A stretch of DNA of 64,000 nt from Acidobacteriota bacterium. GTDB lineage: Bacteria; Acidobacteriota; UBA6911; RPQK01; JAJDTT01. Below are positions 8,517 through 19,200 of this stretch, piece by piece. Every line of letters begins with the position of its first letter. The stretch's first letter is position 1. A program made the position numbers and the translations under genes. The DNA is taken from contig CBDCJH010000002.1 in the NCBI GenBank assembly GCA_965217775.1, positions 2,432,001-2,496,000 of the forward strand, in the 5' to 3' direction. The notes beneath the pieces are model-generated. The model was not told the DNA's origin, searched no databases, and worked only from the letters and a program-made list of their open reading frames with translations.

Positions 8517-10745
8517 TTGAGAATTCTTGGAGTCGTTTCCCTGGCTTGGATCACCATACACCCGGCCTTGGCCGCGGACTGGCCTTACTGGCGCGGTCCG
8601 ATTCAGAACGGCGCCGCCCTGGAGGAAGCCGCCGTCACCTCCTGGGATCAGGGTGGAGAGGGTCTTCTCTGGAAGTTCGATGAGGGAGGGCGGACCACGC
8701 CCATCATCATGGGCGGCCGACTCTTCGCCATCCTGCCGGTGGGGGAAGGGCCTGAGCGGGGGGAGCGGATCGTGGCGCTCGACGCCCTCACCGGCCGCAA
8801 GCTGTGGGAGAAACGGTTCAACGTCTTCCATACCGACATCGTGGAGAACCGCGTGGGATGGACCGCCCTGGTTGGAGACCCCGAATCGGGCCGGATCTAT
8901 GCCCACGCCACCGGGGGAGAGTTCTTCTGCCTCAGCCGTGACGGCGACGAGGTCTGGAAGGTCTCCATGACCGAGGAGCTGGGCCGAATCAGCGGCTACG
9001 GAGGGCGTCTGCACACCCCGATTCTGGACGAAGACCGGGTCGTAGTGAGCTATCTCAATTCGAGTTGGGGGAATCTGGCTCGGCCTCTCCATCGATATGT
9101 GGCCTTCCACAAGGGCGGCGGAGCCATCCAGTGGTGGGCGGCGCCGGGAGGGCAACCCTTGGATACCACCTATTCCACCCCGGTAGCGGCAGTGATGGGC
9201 GGCCGGCGGATGCTGGTGGCCGCGACGGCCGACGGAAACGCTTATGGAATGCTGGCTCGCAACGGCGAAAAGAGATGGACGTTCCGCCTCAGCAAACGGG
9301 GGCTCAACGCTTCCGTCGTGGTGGACGGGGACCGGGCGTACCTGTCTCACAGCGAAGAGAACCTGCACACCTCCAGGATGGGAAGCATCGTCTGCATCGA
9401 CGGAACCCGGACGGGGGACATCACGGAGAGCGGTGTGGTCTGGCGCCATGACGGTTACACCTTCGGGTATGCCTCGCCCGCCATCGCCAACGGCCGGCTC
9501 TATGCCGTGGACAACAGCGCCAATCTCTACTGCATGGACGCCGCCAGCGGCGACATCCACTGGGAATACAACATGGGCCGAGTGGGCAAGGGATCGCCGG
9601 TGGTGACCAGCGACGGCGTGATCTACGTGGGCGAACAGAACGGCATCTTCCACATTCTCCGCGACGAGGGCGATCGTTGCGTGTCCCTGGACAAGGAGGT
9701 GTTCGAGCGTCCCGACGGCACCGTGGACGAGATTTTCGGCTCTCCGGCCGTCGTCAACGGACGCGTCTATTTCATGAGCCGCTACGGCATCTACTGCCTC
9801 GGAAAGGCCGACCAACAGGTCCAGGCGCAGGAGATGGCTCCGGCTCCAGCCGAGACGGCACGTCCCGAACCCGGGTCCAAAGGAAGCCTCCGGGTGGTTC
9901 CGGCGGAAGCGACGCTGAGACCCGGACAGCAGATCCAACTAAGGGCGCTTCGATTCGACTCGGTGGGATCGACTCCCTCCCCGGCCGGCGTCGAGTGGTC
10001 GGCAAGCGGCGTCTCGGGAACAATCGGCGCGGACGGGAATTTCAGCGCCGGCAAGGAGCAGGCCTTCTCGGCGGGTCTCGTGACCGCCAAGAGCTCCAGT
10101 GGTCTGAGCGCCGCTGCTCGGATTCGGATCGCTCCTGATCTTCCGATCCACGAGGATTTCGAGTCGCTGGCCGTCGGCTCCGTCCCGCCGGGCTGGGTGG
10201 GCGTGGCCTCCAAGACGCAAGTCGTCGAGGCGGAAGGCAAGGTGCTCAAGAAGCTGGCCTCCAAGACGCGTCCTTCCCCGCCCTTCATGAGGCTTCGGGC
10301 CTATGCCACTCCCCCCATCCCGGGAGGGTACACGGTGGAAGCGGACCTGATGGGAAAGCTGGCCCGCAAACGCTTCAAGCCGGACATGGGGCTGATCAAC
10401 AGCCGCTACCGATTCGTCATGATGGGGATGAGGAAGAGGCTGCGGATCGAGACCTGGTCGCCGCTGCCCCGCCTGCGGCACGACGTTTCCTTCCCCTGGG
10501 AACCGGACGTCTGGTATCGAGCCAAGTTCTCGGTGTTGCTGGAGGATGGACAGGCCCGGGTGCGAGCCAAGGTCTGGCCACGGGAAGAACCGGAGCCCGA
10601 GGTCTGGAACACAGAGGTGCTGGATCCACATCCGAACCGTGACGGCAGCGCCGGACTCTACGGCTACTCCATCGGAACCACGTCCAAGAGCGACGGTCCC
10701 GAGATACTCTTCGACAACTTCAAGGTGGTGAAGAATGATGACTAG
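8517..10745 (+). CDS. PQQ-like beta-propeller protein with C-terminal beta-sandwich domain
   Basis: Signal peptide, 'DWPYWRGP', repeated 'LDALTGRKLW' / 'MDAASGDIHW' blades. Confidence 0.85.
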   Translation: MRILGVVSLAWITIHPALAADWPYWRGPIQNGAALEEAAVTSWDQGGEGLLWKFDEGGRTTPIIMGGRLFAILPVGEGPERGERIVALDALTGRKLWEKRFNVFHTDIVENRVGWTALVGDPESGRIYAHATGGEFFCLSRDGDEVWKVSMTEELGRISGYGGRLHTPILDEDRVVVSYLNSSWGNLARPLHRYVAFHKGGGAIQWWAAPGGQPLDTTYSTPVAAVMGGRRMLVAATADGNAYGMLARNGEKRWTFRLSKRGLNASVVVDGDRAYLSHSEENLHTSRMGSIVCIDGTRTGDITESGVVWRHDGYTFGYASPAIANGRLYAVDNSANLYCMDAASGDIHWEYNMGRVGKGSPVVTSDGVIYVGEQNGIFHILRDEGDRCVSLDKEVFERPDGTVDEIFGSPAVVNGRVYFMSRYGIYCLGKADQQVQAQEMAPAPAETARPEPGSKGSLRVVPAEATLRPGQQIQLRALRFDSVGSTPSPAGVEWSASGVSGTIGADGNFSAGKEQAFSAGLVTAKSSSGLSAAARIRIAPDLPIHEDFESLAVGSVPPGWVGVASKTQVVEAEGKVLKKLASKTRPSPPFMRLRAYATPPIPGGYTVEADLMGKLARKRFKPDMGLINSRYRFVMMGMRKRLRIETWSPLPRLRHDVSFPWEPDVWYRAKFSVLLEDGQARVRAKVWPREEPEPEVWNTEVLDPHPNRDGSAGLYGYSIGTTSKSDGPEILFDNFKVVKNDD

Positions 10746-12201
10746 CAGTCCAGCCAGGATCGTCCGCGTTCTGTCCATCCTGCTGGCGGCGGCAATTCTT
10801 GCCGCGCCGGGTCAGCCTCAGGCCCACGCGGGAGACTGGAAGATGTGGGGCGGGACTCCGGACCGGAACATGGTTTCGGATGAGAAGGGGATGCCTCATC
10901 GATGGGATGTCTCCAGCGGCGAGAACATCCGTTGGAAGGCGCCGTTGGGGTCCCAGACCTATGGCAATCCCGTGATCTCCGACGGGAAAATTTTCATCGG
11001 CACCAACAACAACGCCCATCACCGGCCCGGAATCACGGGCGACAAGGGGGTGATCGTCTGCCTGGAGGAGACCACCGGAAAGGTGCTGTGGCAAGCCACC
11101 CACGACAAGCTCCCCACGGGGCGGGTCAACGACTGGCCGGAACAGGGGATCTGTTCCTCTCCCTTCGTGGACGGGGACCGGATCTACTACGTCAGCAACC
11201 GGGCCGAATTGGTCTGCGCCGACGTGGAGGGGTTTCTGGACGGGGAGAACGACGGTCCCTTCCAGGACGAGAAATACCGGGAGAAAGAGGACGCGGACAT
11301 CGTCTGGGTATACGACATGATCGAGGAGCTGGGCGTGTTCCCGCACAACCTGGCCACCTCCTCCCCGGTGGGAGCCGGCGACCTGATCTTCCTGCTTACC
11401 TCCAACGGCGTGGACGAGGGTCACCTGGATCTTCCCATGCCGGACGCGCCCGCGTTCATCGCCGTGGACAAGAATACGGGCGAGTTGGCATGGGAGCGGA
11501 GCGACCCGGGTGAGAACACCCTGCACGGACAATGGTCCTCACCCACCTACGGGCTGGTCAAGGGCCGGCCCCAAGTCATTTTTGCCGGGGGTGACGGTTG
11601 GGCTTACGCCTACGAGCCCCAGGGTGGAGAGTTGATCTGGAAGTTCGACCTCAATCCCAAGGTCTCCGAGTGGAAGCTGGGCGGACGCGGCACCCGCAAC
11701 AACATCATCTCCACGCCGGTTCTCTATGAGGACAAGGTGCTGCTCAGCGTGGGTCAGGACCCGGAACATGGCGAGGGTCCCGGTCACCTCTTTTCCATCG
11801 ACGCGACCCAGACCGGCGACATCACCGAGAAGGCGCGGATCTGGCACGTGGGCGGGGAGGACTTCCGCCGCAGCATGTCCACCGTCGCCATTCAGGACGG
11901 TTTACTCTACGCGGCGGATCTGACCGGGTTTCTCTACTGCCTGGATCTCGCCACCGGAAAACGGCACTGGAGATACGACATGCTGGCCGCGGTCTGGGGG
12001 TCTCCCTATCTGGTGGACGGCAAGGTCTACCTGGGAGACGAGGACGGCGACGTGGCGGTGCTGGAGCACGGCACCACGATGAAGGAGCTGGCCGTCAACG
12101 AGATGGGAGATTCCGTCTACACGACTGCCGTGGCGACCAACGGCGTGCTCTACATCACCAACCGCAATACCCTGTTCGCAGTTGCCGACACGGCGAAGTA
12201 G
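10735..12201 (+). CDS. PQQ-like beta-propeller protein
   Basis: DWKMWGGTPDRN, WKAPLGSQTYGNP, LDLATGKRHW. Confidence 0.88.
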   Translation: MMTSSPARIVRVLSILLAAAILAAPGQPQAHAGDWKMWGGTPDRNMVSDEKGMPHRWDVSSGENIRWKAPLGSQTYGNPVISDGKIFIGTNNNAHHRPGITGDKGVIVCLEETTGKVLWQATHDKLPTGRVNDWPEQGICSSPFVDGDRIYYVSNRAELVCADVEGFLDGENDGPFQDEKYREKEDADIVWVYDMIEELGVFPHNLATSSPVGAGDLIFLLTSNGVDEGHLDLPMPDAPAFIAVDKNTGELAWERSDPGENTLHGQWSSPTYGLVKGRPQVIFAGGDGWAYAYEPQGGELIWKFDLNPKVSEWKLGGRGTRNNIISTPVLYEDKVLLSVGQDPEHGEGPGHLFSIDATQTGDITEKARIWHVGGEDFRRSMSTVAIQDGLLYAADLTGFLYCLDLATGKRHWRYDMLAAVWGSPYLVDGKVYLGDEDGDVAVLEHGTTMKELAVNEMGDSVYTTAVATNGVLYITNRNTLFAVADTAK

Positions 12202-12206
12202 AGAAA

Positions 12207-12363
12207 GGAGCGGCGATTTCTAATCGCCAAGGAGCGGCGGTTTCCTAGCCGCCGAACAGGAGCGGCGGTTTCTAGCCGCCGAACAGGAGCGGCGGTTTCT
12301 AGCCGCCGAACTCCGGAGTGACAATTTAGTGCCCAAGAATGGGCGACTGGAAATCGCCCCTCC
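12207..12363. repeat. REP-like tandem palindromes (GGAGCGGCGGTTTCTAGCCGCCGAACA x ~4 plus an inverted unit)
   Basis: ~27-bp hairpin units right after the stop at 12201, with no unique spacers. Confidence 0.85.
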
Positions 12364-12372
12364 ACCCCTACG

Positions 12373-12406
12373 AAAAAGGGCCGGCACTCAGTGCCGGCCC
12401 TTTTTT
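12373..12406. terminator. Bidirectional rho-independent terminator
   Basis: AAAAAGGGCCGGCACT-C-AGTGCCGGCCCTTTTTT between convergent genes. Confidence 0.85.
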
Positions 12407-12428
12407 CATCCACCTTTGGTGACGTGAA

Positions 12429-15400
12429 TCAGAAGTGGATCGAGAGATGCAACTGGATGAACCGGGGACGTGACGTGGAGCCGAACCGGCCGAATCCCGC
12501 CGCGTTTCCGGTGTCGGTGTTCAGGCCGCCCCAGATGTGGCGGTTGAACACGTTGAACATATCGACTCCCAAACGAACGCTCACGTCCTCGTTGACCTGA
12601 GTGTCCTTCTGGAGCGTCGCGTTCTCGTTGAAATAGCTGCACTCGCGTTCCTTGGGCAAGGTTCTGACGTTCCCCAAAGTCCAGGGAGCGGCATTCATGA
12701 ACGCGTTGACGTTCAGGAATCGCCCGCCGGGACTGTATTCCCCGCAGATGGTGTTGGTCTTGATCTGCGAGTTCAGACGCAGGACCGGCCAGATGGCTCC
12801 GAAGCCTCCCGGATACCTGACCCGGCTGGTAACGCTGATCGGCTGTCCCGAGAAGTAGTTGTGCTGAAAGCCGAGCGTCCAACCGCTGAGAAAATACCTG
12901 GTGAAAAGATTCCCACCGTTGAAAAAACGTTTTCCCGGCCCGAACGGCAGTTCATACATCCAACTCAGAGAGAGGTTCTGGGGGCGATCTTCCTGGTAAA
13001 CAAATCGGACACCCCGCTGCGAGGTGTGCTGGGCCCTTGTGAACCCATGCCCCTGCTGGGAGAAGCCGACATCGCCGATGGCCTTGGAGATCGTATGGTT
13101 GAGCATGAAGCTCAAACCGTGTCCATACCGCTTTTGCAACGACAGGACCAAGGCATGGTAGGTCAGGTTGTTCACGGGCGCAGCCCGCTGCTGGATGTCC
13201 AGCATGTGCGGGAATGGTCTGAGCGCCTGGGCGACCGGTCCCGAGAATCCTGGATAAGGAGCAGTGATCCCGGCGGCCTCAGCCTGTGGTGAACCGATCT
13301 GGGCCTGCAGAAGGCTCCCCAAACTCAAGTTTCCGACACTGAGCTGGTTTATCCGCAACGCGTCGTTGCTGGGCAGATTGTGCGAGAACTTGCCGTGGTA
13401 GTTGGCCCGAATGGCCAGCCCACCGCCCAGGTCCCGCTCCAACCCGGCGTTGAGAGTCAAGGTGCGGCCCGCCTTGAAGTCGTCCCGGTTAAGATACTGT
13501 ACCGCCTGACCGTTGGCGAAGTCCGGCTCCAGAACGGGAAGATTCGGGATGGGGTCCGGCCACCCGTTGTCCCAGTTGAAAGCCGGTGTCAGACCGCCGT
13601 CCAAACTCCTGACGGAAGGATCCAGCGTCCATCCCAAGAAGGGCGTGTTGAAGCCGCTGGTCATGGCGCCGAAGAGCGGAAAGTACATGTAGGCGCCGCT
13701 GGCCCGGATGACCGTGTTGTCATCTGGTGAATACGCGAATCCCAAACGGGGGCCCCACTGGCTCCAGAGGGTGTCCGCGACCCGCTTGAATCCGTTTCTT
13801 CCCGGACCGTCGCCCCAGAACCAGAGCGCCCCCGGCAGTCCCCCCGCTCCGGGGTTGGGTATCGTGGGGTTGAAGGCTCCGATCCGGTCGTAGGTCTCGC
13901 CCAAAGGAACGAAAACATCGTTCCGGAGACCATAGTTGATGGTCAACTTTTGGGTGGCGCGCCACGAGTCCTGGAAGTAGATGCCCCAGGCCCCGCCGTT
14001 GTGACGAAAGTCGCGTTGACTCCAGACGAATCCCGAGTCTACCTCGCCCAGCAACTTGCTGGCGAAACCGAACCCGGTGTTCGCGTTACCCGGCAAACCG
14101 GTTTCCAGGGCCGAGAAACTGAACGATCCCTGATCGAAGAGGGCCAGGTTCTGCTTGGAGACAGAAAGCAGGTAGGCGGCGCCCACCTTGAAATTGTGCG
14201 AGCCCTTGACCCAGGTCACGTCCATGTTGGCCGGGATGGTCTGGCTGGGGTCGATGAGTTTTTGGAAGATGGGCCCGTAGGCGCTCTGGCCCTGGACGCC
14301 GACTTGGGGGGCGATGGGTCCCGGCACTCCCCTGATGCCGACTTCCGCACCCGTATTGTCGTTGGCCAGACCCTGGGTGCCGATGACCCGGGGCGTCCGC
14401 GTGACGCCGGTCCGAACGTTGAATAGGACGTTGGGCCGGATCGTGTAGTGGTAATTGAAGCGATAGCGGTACTGAACTTGGTCGTTCTTGTGAAGACTGG
14501 AGATGGACTCGTCAAAGACCGGGGCGTAGTTTGACCGGGATTCCTGCAACGACTGCTCCCATCCGACCGTGAGCCGGTGGTCGCCCGCCTCGTCGAGCTG
14601 ATGATCGACCTTCAGGTAGAAAGAGGACTTGTCGACCGGTGTGGAGGTCAGGCCCCCGACCCAGTTGTTGGTCACACCCGGCCGATTGGGCAGCCCGATC
14701 CGCGAAATCAGGTTCTTGGTGACGGTGCTGAATCGATCCGCAGGAATCATGTTGTTGGGGAACGGGTCCCGAATGAACCCGCCCTGCCCGTCCGAGCGAG
14801 TGGTCATGGGGTCGTAGATGGCGCCCTGGTGGATCGGCCGGCCCAGAGAGTCGGTCCCGATCTGGGGGCCCAGAATCTCGCTGAAGTCGCCGCTGCGCAT
14901 GGCCGCGGTGGGCACGGTCCGCACCGCGTCTCCCGGAGCGGTCCGCAGCTTGTAGCCGTCGAACCCGCCGAAGAAGAACGTTCGGTTCTTCCAGATCGGG
15001 CCTCCCAGCACGAATCCGTAGTCGTTCTGCCGGGTCACGCTCTTGCTCGGGGCCAGCCAGGGCCGGGCGTCGAGAATGTCGTTCCGGAAATACCAGAAGA
15101 CGTCGCCGTGCAAGTCGTTGGTGCCCGACTTGAAGATCAGGGTGATCGCCACGCCGCTGTCCCAACCATGCTCCGCATTCGTGTTGGTGTCGAGCCGGAA
15201 CTCCTGCACCAACTCGGGAATCGGCCCCGTGTCGTCCCGGGCATTCTGGTGGGTGGAGCTGCCCGCCCGGACACCATCGATGGTGTAGCTGGGGGAAGCA
15301 TTGGGCGTGCCATGAATGAAAGCCCTGCTCATGGCGCCGTTTTCGTTGGTGTTATTGGGGTTGTAGTTCACGCCCGGCATGGTGCGCAAAAACGAGAGCG

Positions 15401-15860
15401 CCTGGCGATTGCTGTTGGAGATGGCTATCGGAAGCCGCGCGATCTCCTCGTTGACCCGGGCATATCCGGCCTTGTTCGACTGCTTCTCGATGGTGGGAAG
15501 CGTCGCCATCACCTCCACGGTCTCGGCCACATCGCCAACCGACAACGTGACGTCGATGGTCACGACCTCGCCTGAAACCACGCGGACCCCGCGCTGCTCC
15601 AGGGTTCTGAAGCCGGGCATGGTGACCGTGAGCCGGTACTCTCCGATCGCCACCGAATTGAAGGCGTAAATCCCGGCATCGCTGGTGATGGTGTCGGTCA
15701 CGATGCCGGTGCCGACGTTGGTGATGGAGACTTCCGCTCCCGGAACCACGCCGCCACTCTCATCCCGGACCGACCCGGTCACGGTCCCCACGTTCTCCTG
15801 CGCCAGCAGGGGAAGGCAGGAGAGCGCCAGAATCAGGGTCAGACTCAATACTCTACTCAT
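12429..15860 (-). CDS. TonB-dependent receptor-like outer-membrane protein (carboxypeptidase-regulatory-like N-domain)
   Basis: Signal peptide, GTVTGSVRDESGGVVPGA, KSGTNDLHG, YFQDSWRAT, C-terminal 'LSIHF'. Confidence 0.9.
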   Translation of the reverse strand: MSRVLSLTLILALSCLPLLAQENVGTVTGSVRDESGGVVPGAEVSITNVGTGIVTDTITSDAGIYAFNSVAIGEYRLTVTMPGFRTLEQRGVRVVSGEVVTIDVTLSVGDVAETVEVMATLPTIEKQSNKAGYARVNEEIARLPIAISNSNRQALSFLRTMPGVNYNPNNTNENGAMSRAFIHGTPNASPSYTIDGVRAGSSTHQNARDDTGPIPELVQEFRLDTNTNAEHGWDSGVAITLIFKSGTNDLHGDVFWYFRNDILDARPWLAPSKSVTRQNDYGFVLGGPIWKNRTFFFGGFDGYKLRTAPGDAVRTVPTAAMRSGDFSEILGPQIGTDSLGRPIHQGAIYDPMTTRSDGQGGFIRDPFPNNMIPADRFSTVTKNLISRIGLPNRPGVTNNWVGGLTSTPVDKSSFYLKVDHQLDEAGDHRLTVGWEQSLQESRSNYAPVFDESISSLHKNDQVQYRYRFNYHYTIRPNVLFNVRTGVTRTPRVIGTQGLANDNTGAEVGIRGVPGPIAPQVGVQGQSAYGPIFQKLIDPSQTIPANMDVTWVKGSHNFKVGAAYLLSVSKQNLALFDQGSFSFSALETGLPGNANTGFGFASKLLGEVDSGFVWSQRDFRHNGGAWGIYFQDSWRATQKLTINYGLRNDVFVPLGETYDRIGAFNPTIPNPGAGGLPGALWFWGDGPGRNGFKRVADTLWSQWGPRLGFAYSPDDNTVIRASGAYMYFPLFGAMTSGFNTPFLGWTLDPSVRSLDGGLTPAFNWDNGWPDPIPNLPVLEPDFANGQAVQYLNRDDFKAGRTLTLNAGLERDLGGGLAIRANYHGKFSHNLPSNDALRINQLSVGNLSLGSLLQAQIGSPQAEAAGITAPYPGFSGPVAQALRPFPHMLDIQQRAAPVNNLTYHALVLSLQKRYGHGLSFMLNHTISKAIGDVGFSQQGHGFTRAQHTSQRGVRFVYQEDRPQNLSLSWMYELPFGPGKRFFNGGNLFTRYFLSGWTLGFQHNYFSGQPISVTSRVRYPGGFGAIWPVLRLNSQIKTNTICGEYSPGGRFLNVNAFMNAAPWTLGNVRTLPKERECSYFNENATLQKDTQVNEDVSVRLGVDMFNVFNRHIWGGLNTDTGNAAGFGRFGSTSRPRFIQLHLSIHF

Positions 15861-16218
15861 TGCTACTCCTCGGACATTGAAATGAACTGACTAGTGGGAT
15901 GACGCGGCAGATCCGCAAACACACTGCAAATCTTCAAAACTCGCCGCGTAGCCAGAATAGGCGCACTTTATAACCCATCTGCCCTTCCGATACAAATTTG
16001 CTTCGGAAGAAATCTTAACCGAAGAGGATGACAACTCCGAGAGATCCTGGTGCGGGTCGCGTCAACCCCGCCAGCCGTAAACCCCGGCGACCATTTCCTG
16101 CTTCGCCCATGTGCCAGGTACAGGTCGCGGGATGCGGATACGACAGGCCCTCGCTCCGGCTCGCCAGGCGACGCTTCCAGTAGTCCTGCTGAAGGTCAGG
16201 AAAATTCTCACTGGCGCC

Positions 16219-16253
16219 AAAAAAAGAGGGGACCGGCATTTGCCGGCCCCCTC
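16219..16253 (-). terminator. Rho-independent terminator after the second TBDR gene
   Basis: GAGGGGACCGGCA-TT-TGCCGGCCCCCTC stem with A7 on + (U-tract on -). Confidence 0.8.
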
Positions 16254-16285
16254 CGGGTTCTGATCGCCTCTGCTGTTTCCGCCAA

Positions 16286-19200
16286 TCAGAAGTGAATCGA
16301 GAGACTCAGTTGGATGATCCTGGGAGGAAAGGAGACAGAACGGATGGTGCCAAAGGCCGCCTTGTTGCCGATGTCGGTATTCGGGTTGCCCCAGATATGG
16401 CGGTTGAACAGATTGAAGAAATCGGCCCCTAAGCGAACGTAGATGTCCTCGTTGACATAAGTATCTTTCTGGATGGTGGCGTTCTCGTTGAAATAGCTGC
16501 AGGCTCGTGTCGTAGGCAACGTCCTGGTATTCCCCAAGGTAAAGGGCGCAGGATTGGCAAAGGCGTTGATGTTGATGTATCGGTTCCGGGATGGGTCGTT
16601 GGGGTCGTAATCTCCACAGTCAACACCGGTCCGAACCGATACGCCGTCGACCCGGTCCGGCCAGATGGCGTTAAAGCCGCCCGGGTAGCGGACGCGGCTG
16701 CTCATATGGAGGGGCTGTGCGGAGAAATAGGCCTGCTGCATCCCAATGTTCCAGCCACCGATCAGCTTCTTCACTACCGAACTCGTGTCTGCGCCCCAGC
16801 GCTTTCCCGGTCCAAAAGGCAATTCCCACATCCAGCTCACGGCAACATTCTGGGGCCGATCCTGGTCGTACAAATACCGAAGGTGCCGTTGCGAAGTATG
16901 CTGGATGTGGCTGGCGAGCGAATGCCCCTGGTTGGCCCACCTGGCGTTGCCCAGCGCTTTGGAGATGGTGTAGTTGAGCATGAAGCTCATCCCGTGCCCG
17001 TAGCGCTTCTGCATGGACAACACCACACCATGGTAGGTCAGGTCGGTAACGGGGGCGGCGCGTTCGTTGATGTTCAGCATGTGAGGAAACGGTCTGAGCG
17101 CCTGATTCACAGGTCCTGTAAATCCCTCATAGGGAGCAGTGATCCCTGCCGCCGCGGCTGCCGGGGAATTGATGTCGGCAAAGAGCAGGGTGCCCAACGC
17201 CAGATGCCTGGGGTCAAGCTGGTTCAATCGAACGGCATCGTTACTGGGGAGACTGTGGCTGAACTTGCCGTGGTAGTTGGCTCGAAAAGCAGTACCCCAG
17301 CCCAGGTCTCTTTCCACACCAAAGTTGACGGTCAGCGTCCTGCCCGCCTTCATGGTGTCCCGGTTCAGGGCCACTACCGACTGGCCGTTGGCAAAGGAAG
17401 GGTCGAGGTCGGGCAGGTTGGGAAGGATGTCCGGAAATCCGTCATCCCAGTTGAAGCCGGGGGTCACACCACCGTCCAGACTCGCAGCGGTCACATTGAG
17501 AATCCAGCCGATAGCGGGCGTATTGAATCCGCTGGTCATGGCGCCGAAGTGTGGAAAGTACATGTAGGCGGCACTGGCCTTCAAGACGGTCTTTTCGTCA
17601 GGCGAGTAAGCCAGCCCCAGACGAGGCCCCCAGTTGCTCCAGAGGGTCGGGGCCACTCGTTTGAACCCGTTCCGGCCTGGGCCCTCACCCCAGAACCACA
17701 GGGCCCCCGGAAGACCACCGGCACCGGGGTTGGGGACGGTCGGGTTGAAGGCCCCGATGCGGTCGTAGCTCTCTCCCGCGGTTATGAAGACGTCGTTGCG
17801 GATGCCGTAATTCACCGTCAACTTGGGGGTGGCGCGCCAAGAGTCCTGAAAGTAGAAACCCCAGGCTCCGCCATCGCGTTTGAAGGCTGTTGGGCTATTG
17901 ACGGTGCCACCGTCCACCTCGCCCAGGAACTGGCTGGCAAAGCCCCATCCGGTTGCAGGGAAGCCGGGCAGACCGGTCGTGCGATCCTGAAAGCTGAAAT
18001 TTCCCTGACCAAAAATCGACGAATCCCCTTTGGAGACCGACAGTAAATAGGAGCCGCCAAATTTGAAATTGTGCGAGCCTCTGACCCAGGTCATGTCGAA
18101 GTGGGCGGGCACGGTCTGGCTGGGGTCATTGAGCTTCCGGAAAATCGGGCCATACCCGGTCATTCCCTCGGTGTTCACTCTTGGTGCATTGGGGTTGCTG
18201 ACTCCGGTAATTCCGATCTCTTCACCAAAACGGTCGTTGTCCAGACCCTGAGTACCGATAATTCGCGGCGTCCGGGTCACACCGGTGCGAAGGTTCAAGA
18301 TCACGTTGGGCCGGATGGTCCAGTAATAATTGAAGCGATAGCGGTATTGAGCCGACTCGTTTATGTGAAGGCTGGAGATCGCCTCGTCAAAGACCTGCGG
18401 ATAAGTGGACCTGTTCAGCCTGACATTCTGCTCCGTGCCAAACGTAAACTTGTGGGATCCCGCTTCATCGATCTGATGATCGATCTTGAGGTAATAGGAC
18501 TCTTTGTCGTCCGGGCGTAGAGTCTGGGTTCCGACCCAGTTATTGCTGACGCCCGGCCGGTTGGGCGCACCAACGTGCGAAAGCAGGGCCTGTGTGATCG
18601 AGCTTGAGCGGTCGGAAGGAATGATGTTTCCCGGAAAGGGATCGCGGATGAACCCGCCTTGTCCATCCGGTCGCGTGCTGGCCGGATCGAAGATCTGGCC
18701 CTGAAAAACCGGCCGGCCCAGGGCATCGGTCCCGACTTGATCCCCCAATATCTCACTGAAGTCGCCGTTGCGCATGGCAGTGGTGGGGACGGTGGCAGTC
18801 GTCCCGGAGGGGGCTGTCCGCAATTTGTAGATATCGATCCCCCCAAAGAAAAACGTGCGGTTTTTCCAGATGGGACCGCCCAGCACGAAGCCGAAGTCAT
18901 TCTGCCGGGTGACGGCTCTCCTCGCCGCAAACCAGGGTCGAGCGTCGAACACGTCGTTTCGGTTGTACCAGAAGCCAGTGCCGTGAAAGTCGTTGGTGCC
19001 TGATTTGAAGACCAGGTTGATGGCCACACCGCTGTCCCAGCCATGCTCGGCCTGGGTGTTGGTGTCGAGTCGGAATTCCTGAACCATCTCTGGAATCGGC
19101 GCCGTGTCATCGCGTGCGTTCTCGTGAGTCGAACCGCTCGCCCTCACCCCGTCAATGTTGTAGCTGGGAGAAGCAGTTGGAGTTCCCTGGACGAAGGACC

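Noticed and set aside
12207-12311. Possible CRISPR array
   Set aside because: The ~27-bp units are contiguous with no unique spacers and no cas genes nearby; they belong to the REP family.
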